NCBI GenBank assembly: GCA_965198235.1
Contig: OZ240248.1
Location: 2,816,001 to 2,880,000 of the forward strand
Source of the DNA: Candidatus Poribacteria bacterium
GTDB lineage: Bacteria > Poribacteria > WGA-4E > WGA-3G
Reading direction: 5' to 3'
Length of the DNA: 64,000 bases
A program made the position numbers and the translations under genes. Under the pieces are notes generated by a model that was given only the letters and a program-made list of their open reading frames with translations, had not been told where the DNA came from and did no database searches. Below are positions 60,540 through 64,000 of this stretch, one piece after another. The stretch's first letter is position 1. Each line of letters opens with the position of its first letter.

Positions 60540-61124
60540 ATGTTTTTAGAAACCTTGAGACGCCGGCTTCTTGCCTATCTGATAAAATTTCGTTTTACAA
60601 TCACAGTTATTACCTGTCTGCTTTTCGTTATCACAACCACCCTTATTGGGGATGAACCTGACAATCTTTTTGATGAACGAAAAAAGGAGGCACTTAGCAC
60701 ATTGCGTCGGCTCCCCAATGATGCTGAAAGGCCGTTCTCGTGGGGTTATGTCGGTGGCTATCGAACCTCTCCAAACAACGCGCATAATGATACCGCATAC
60801 TGGTGGGGTGATAACACCGATAGTTTCCTAACAAAGGCATCAGATGCCGAAATCGCGGAGTTCTTAAGCCTTTTCACAATTCCTACCGTAATTTCTGTTT
60901 TAAGACAGCTGGTGGAAGGCGACAGATCGGTTGCAGATCTGGCTAAGGCGTGTGGCGTATCAGAAAAGGAAGTAGAGAAAGCTGTGGAGCTGCTAATGGA
61001 TGTGAAGTTAGTGGCACGCACGAAAGACAATCTCATCAAACCCCACAACGATGCCATCTCCTTTTTTCTCAACTTCGTGGGTATGACAATCATGCATCTT
61101 GAACACGTCAAACCTGATAATTAA
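60540..61124 (+). CDS. Chimeric protein: ABC-permease-like N-terminal TM segment plus wHTH domain
   Basis: N-terminus resembles the 61268 permease; the remainder is paralogous to the ECF C-terminal domains. Confidence 0.8.
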   Translation: MFLETLRRRLLAYLIKFRFTITVITCLLFVITTTLIGDEPDNLFDERKKEALSTLRRLPNDAERPFSWGYVGGYRTSPNNAHNDTAYWWGDNTDSFLTKASDAEIAEFLSLFTIPTVISVLRQLVEGDRSVADLAKACGVSEKEVEKAVELLMDVKLVARTKDNLIKPHNDAISFFLNFVGMTIMHLEHVKPDN

Positions 61125-61267
61125 CCTCGTTCCAACACTTGATAGACGCGCTTTGAAAGCGCGCTTATCAAATTTTGCGTCTATTCCGATCTATACAAGG
61201 TTCTTGGTTTGTGGACAATACGTTCAATCTGCAGGATTTTTCCTGCACCAAGTAAAGGAACCGTTCA

Positions 61268-62776
61268 ATGTTTTTGGTGCTATTGAGGCGTGAGATTCTC
61301 GCGCATCTAATAACATTTCGTTTTGCAGTCACAGTGATTGTTTGTCTGCTTCTCGTCGTCATAACCACGCTTATCAGAATTGATGATTACGAGAAACGAT
61401 TGGCGGGCTACAATACCGCCAGAAATGCCAATCGTGAAGAACTTTTGTCCACCCGAACTTATTCCTTTTTGATGCCGAAGGTCGATCGACCGCCTAATCC
61501 GCTGAGCATCTTTAATGCTGGTATGGACAACCGACTCGGTAATACGTTGCGGATCTATTACACGAACGTTCCTGTCCTTTGGGATGCTCAAGTCCACAGT
61601 TCAGGTAATCTCTTCATTGATTATTTCTATCGAATTGACCTCATCTTCATTTTTCAGTTTGTGCTTTCATTATTGGCACTGTTGTTCGCCTACGATGCGA
61701 TTGCAGGTGAACGTGAAACCGGCACAATGCGCCTGACAATGAGCCATCCCGTAAGACGTGGAAGCATCTTGGCAGCGAAGTACCTCGGTGCGATGACGTG
61801 TCTAATTCTACCGCTTATCATCAGTTTTATCATCGCTTTGATTTGGATAGTATCAACGGGTTCAATTGTCTTCAGTGGAGATGATTTTCTACGAATCGCA
61901 GGCATCCTGCTAACTTCGATGATCTATCTTTCTGCCATCTACTTGATCGGATTATTTATCTCTGCTTGGGTACACCGCACTACCACAGCACTCATGCTCT
62001 CTCTATTTGTCTGGGTGGTACTGGTGCTGGTTTATCCTTCTCTTAGTGTCTCCATGATTGATCAATTGACGAGCCCGGTAGACAGTAGGATATATTCTTG
62101 TGAAAAGGCGATCCGACAAACCCTAGACACAGTCACGAAAGAGGGACGGGAATATCTCATGAACGATGGGATTGACGGAGAGAGTGAGAACTTTAACATG
62201 CAAGGAAAATCGGATGGTTTACATGTTGGCATAGGTGACGGAAGCATAGCGATGCGTATAGAATTCAAAGCTTATGATTGGTACGCTATTCATCCCGAAT
62301 CTGAAAAATTCATTCCTCATGTTATCCGCTACCATCAATTCTTAACGCCCTTACGATTTCAGGCGGCAGAGAAAATCGGACTGTTGCGACTTCCGGCTTT
62401 AGAGCAAATTCGGTTTCGGAGAGCCAGAATCGCTCGGAATCTGCTTCGACTCTCACCAGCGGCGATGTATAATCTCGCAACACAGGCATGGGCAGGAACA
62501 GATCTCTATGGGGTCGAGGATTTTTTTCAGGCAGCACGGCAGTACCGACGTACGCTGGTTGATTACTTTTACGATAAAGATGCTTTTTCAAGTCGGCAGT
62601 GGTTCGCCAGCGATAAAGGGGCTATCAACTTAGACGATCTGCCAAGATTTGTATACCAGCGTGCTGATCTCTGGACAAACGCCTCACGGGCACTCCCTGA
62701 TCTGCAGCTACTACTGCTGCTCAACGTTGCGCTGTTCCTGGCGACATTCGCAATCTTCGTCAGGCAGGAGATTTAA
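61268..62776 (+). CDS. ABC-2 type transporter permease
   Basis: YDAIAGERETGTMRL, HPVRRGSILAAKYLG; multiple TM helices. Confidence 0.9.
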   Translation: MFLVLLRREILAHLITFRFAVTVIVCLLLVVITTLIRIDDYEKRLAGYNTARNANREELLSTRTYSFLMPKVDRPPNPLSIFNAGMDNRLGNTLRIYYTNVPVLWDAQVHSSGNLFIDYFYRIDLIFIFQFVLSLLALLFAYDAIAGERETGTMRLTMSHPVRRGSILAAKYLGAMTCLILPLIISFIIALIWIVSTGSIVFSGDDFLRIAGILLTSMIYLSAIYLIGLFISAWVHRTTTALMLSLFVWVVLVLVYPSLSVSMIDQLTSPVDSRIYSCEKAIRQTLDTVTKEGREYLMNDGIDGESENFNMQGKSDGLHVGIGDGSIAMRIEFKAYDWYAIHPESEKFIPHVIRYHQFLTPLRFQAAEKIGLLRLPALEQIRFRRARIARNLLRLSPAAMYNLATQAWAGTDLYGVEDFFQAARQYRRTLVDYFYDKDAFSSRQWFASDKGAINLDDLPRFVYQRADLWTNASRALPDLQLLLLLNVALFLATFAIFVRQEI

Positions 62777-62881
62777 AGACAGATCCGTTCGTAGTAGGGA
62801 AACCATTTATTGCCCGTCGTACACAGTCTTTTGGAAACGACGAATCAACTAATCCAAAAAAGCGACAACTGGAGATATGAG

Positions 62882-64000
62882 ATGATTTTCCACATCGTTA
62901 AACGCGAACTCTACGATCACCTAAGTAGTCTCCGTTTCGCACTGACAACCCTGTTAATCCTGATACTGATGATTGTCAACGCTATCGTGTACCTCGGAGA
63001 ATACAAGCAGCGAATGCGCAAATATCAAGGGCAGGTTGCTTGGTCACGTAACGAGTTGAAATCTCGATCTGCTACGTTGTATCGTCTGGTTCTAAAGGGT
63101 CCGGGATACCTCTACAAAAAACCGAGTCTTTTGGCTTTCTGTGCAGATGGTGGAGAAAAACTCCTGCCTGGCGAAGTCCGCGGCAATACTGCGGGGCGGA
63201 CGCATCGGTGGCGGGGTGGCGACACTTCGTATAAGTTCACAGAAATCTGGGGGTTAATATATCCACCCAATACCGATCTACTGTTTATTGCAGAGCAGAT
63301 ACCAAGGGAAAGAAGCATCATGCCGGCTTATATCAAAATCGATTGGGGATTTGTGACAGCCGTTCTATTGAGTTTCATGGGTATCCTGTTTACATTCGAT
63401 TCGATCTCCGGTGAGCAGGAACGAGGCACACTGCGGTTGATGCTGGCAAACAGCATTTCACGAAACACCGTAATTTGCGGCAAATTTCTTGGCGCATTTT
63501 TTACTATCGCTATTCCGTTTTTGATTGGAGTGATCGTCAGTACCTCTATCATCTACCTTTCCAAAGCCGTTCAATTCAACGATAGCCATTGGGTGAGGTT
63601 GGGAGCCATCCTCTGTGTCGCGTTGATTTATACCTCAATTTTTATTCTGTTGGGGCTCCTTGTTTCCAGCCGTGTTAAAGAGTCTTCAACGAGCCTCGCA
63701 ATTCTCTTGTTGATTTGGACGGTCTGGGTGGTGCTGATGCCAAACGCACTGGGTTCCCTCGGTAACCGTTTGCAGTCCCGTCCCACCCCCAAAGAATTCA
63801 TGGCGCAGGTTCAAGATTCGCGCGAAGATTTACAGGCACGCTATTTTGCCCGGATTAAAGAACCTCCCCGACGAGAAACCCCAGCCACAATCGCAACAGC
63901 GTTAGGCGCGGAATATATTAATAAAGACGCAGAATTGCGCGATCGTTTGCGAGCGGACTACCTTTTCGCGGAACTCCGTCAAATCCAAACCGCCCGGTCC
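62882..64000 (+). CDS. ABC-2 type transporter permease, 3' partial
   Basis: MIFHIVKRELYDHLSSLRF; FDSISGEQERGTLRLMLAN; runs off the window end. Confidence 0.85.
   Translation, partial: MIFHIVKRELYDHLSSLRFALTTLLILILMIVNAIVYLGEYKQRMRKYQGQVAWSRNELKSRSATLYRLVLKGPGYLYKKPSLLAFCADGGEKLLPGEVRGNTAGRTHRWRGGDTSYKFTEIWGLIYPPNTDLLFIAEQIPRERSIMPAYIKIDWGFVTAVLLSFMGILFTFDSISGEQERGTLRLMLANSISRNTVICGKFLGAFFTIAIPFLIGVIVSTSIIYLSKAVQFNDSHWVRLGAILCVALIYTSIFILLGLLVSSRVKESSTSLAILLLIWTVWVVLMPNALGSLGNRLQSRPTPKEFMAQVQDSREDLQARYFARIKEPPRRETPATIATALGAEYINKDAELRDRLRADYLFAELRQIQTARS

Overview
Bacterial chromosomal window with no rRNA, tRNA or CRISPR array seen. It is most likely from Candidatus Poribacteria (sponge symbionts). 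This is an inference from a repeated C-terminal V(E/D)xxxKLxxTW(G/A)x(L/I)K motif, ECF-sigma fusion genes and LamG/CBM9 secreted proteins. Housekeeping genes (leuS, rnj, leuC/leuD, guaB) are interspersed with secreted and outer-membrane proteins, two toxin-antitoxin loci, an IS701-type element with four MITE derivatives, and many deletion-scarred gene remnants. Top finding: the two ORFs 20947..21717 and 21775..22539 are in frame across a single TGA in a C-U-G-S-G context, followed by a SECIS-like hairpin. The read-through product aligns motif by motif with animal selenoprotein N (SELENON), making it a candidate bacterial SelN selenoprotein. Other highlights: a sigma54 promoter plus paired-enhancer cassette duplicated in inverted orientation; a paralogous pair of Ca-loop outer-membrane proteins; palindromic or repeat elements inserted in frame inside genes; and a tandem ECF-sigma/wHTH locus with internal ribosome-binding sites and a chimeric third gene. 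All family calls come from motif recognition, not database searches.
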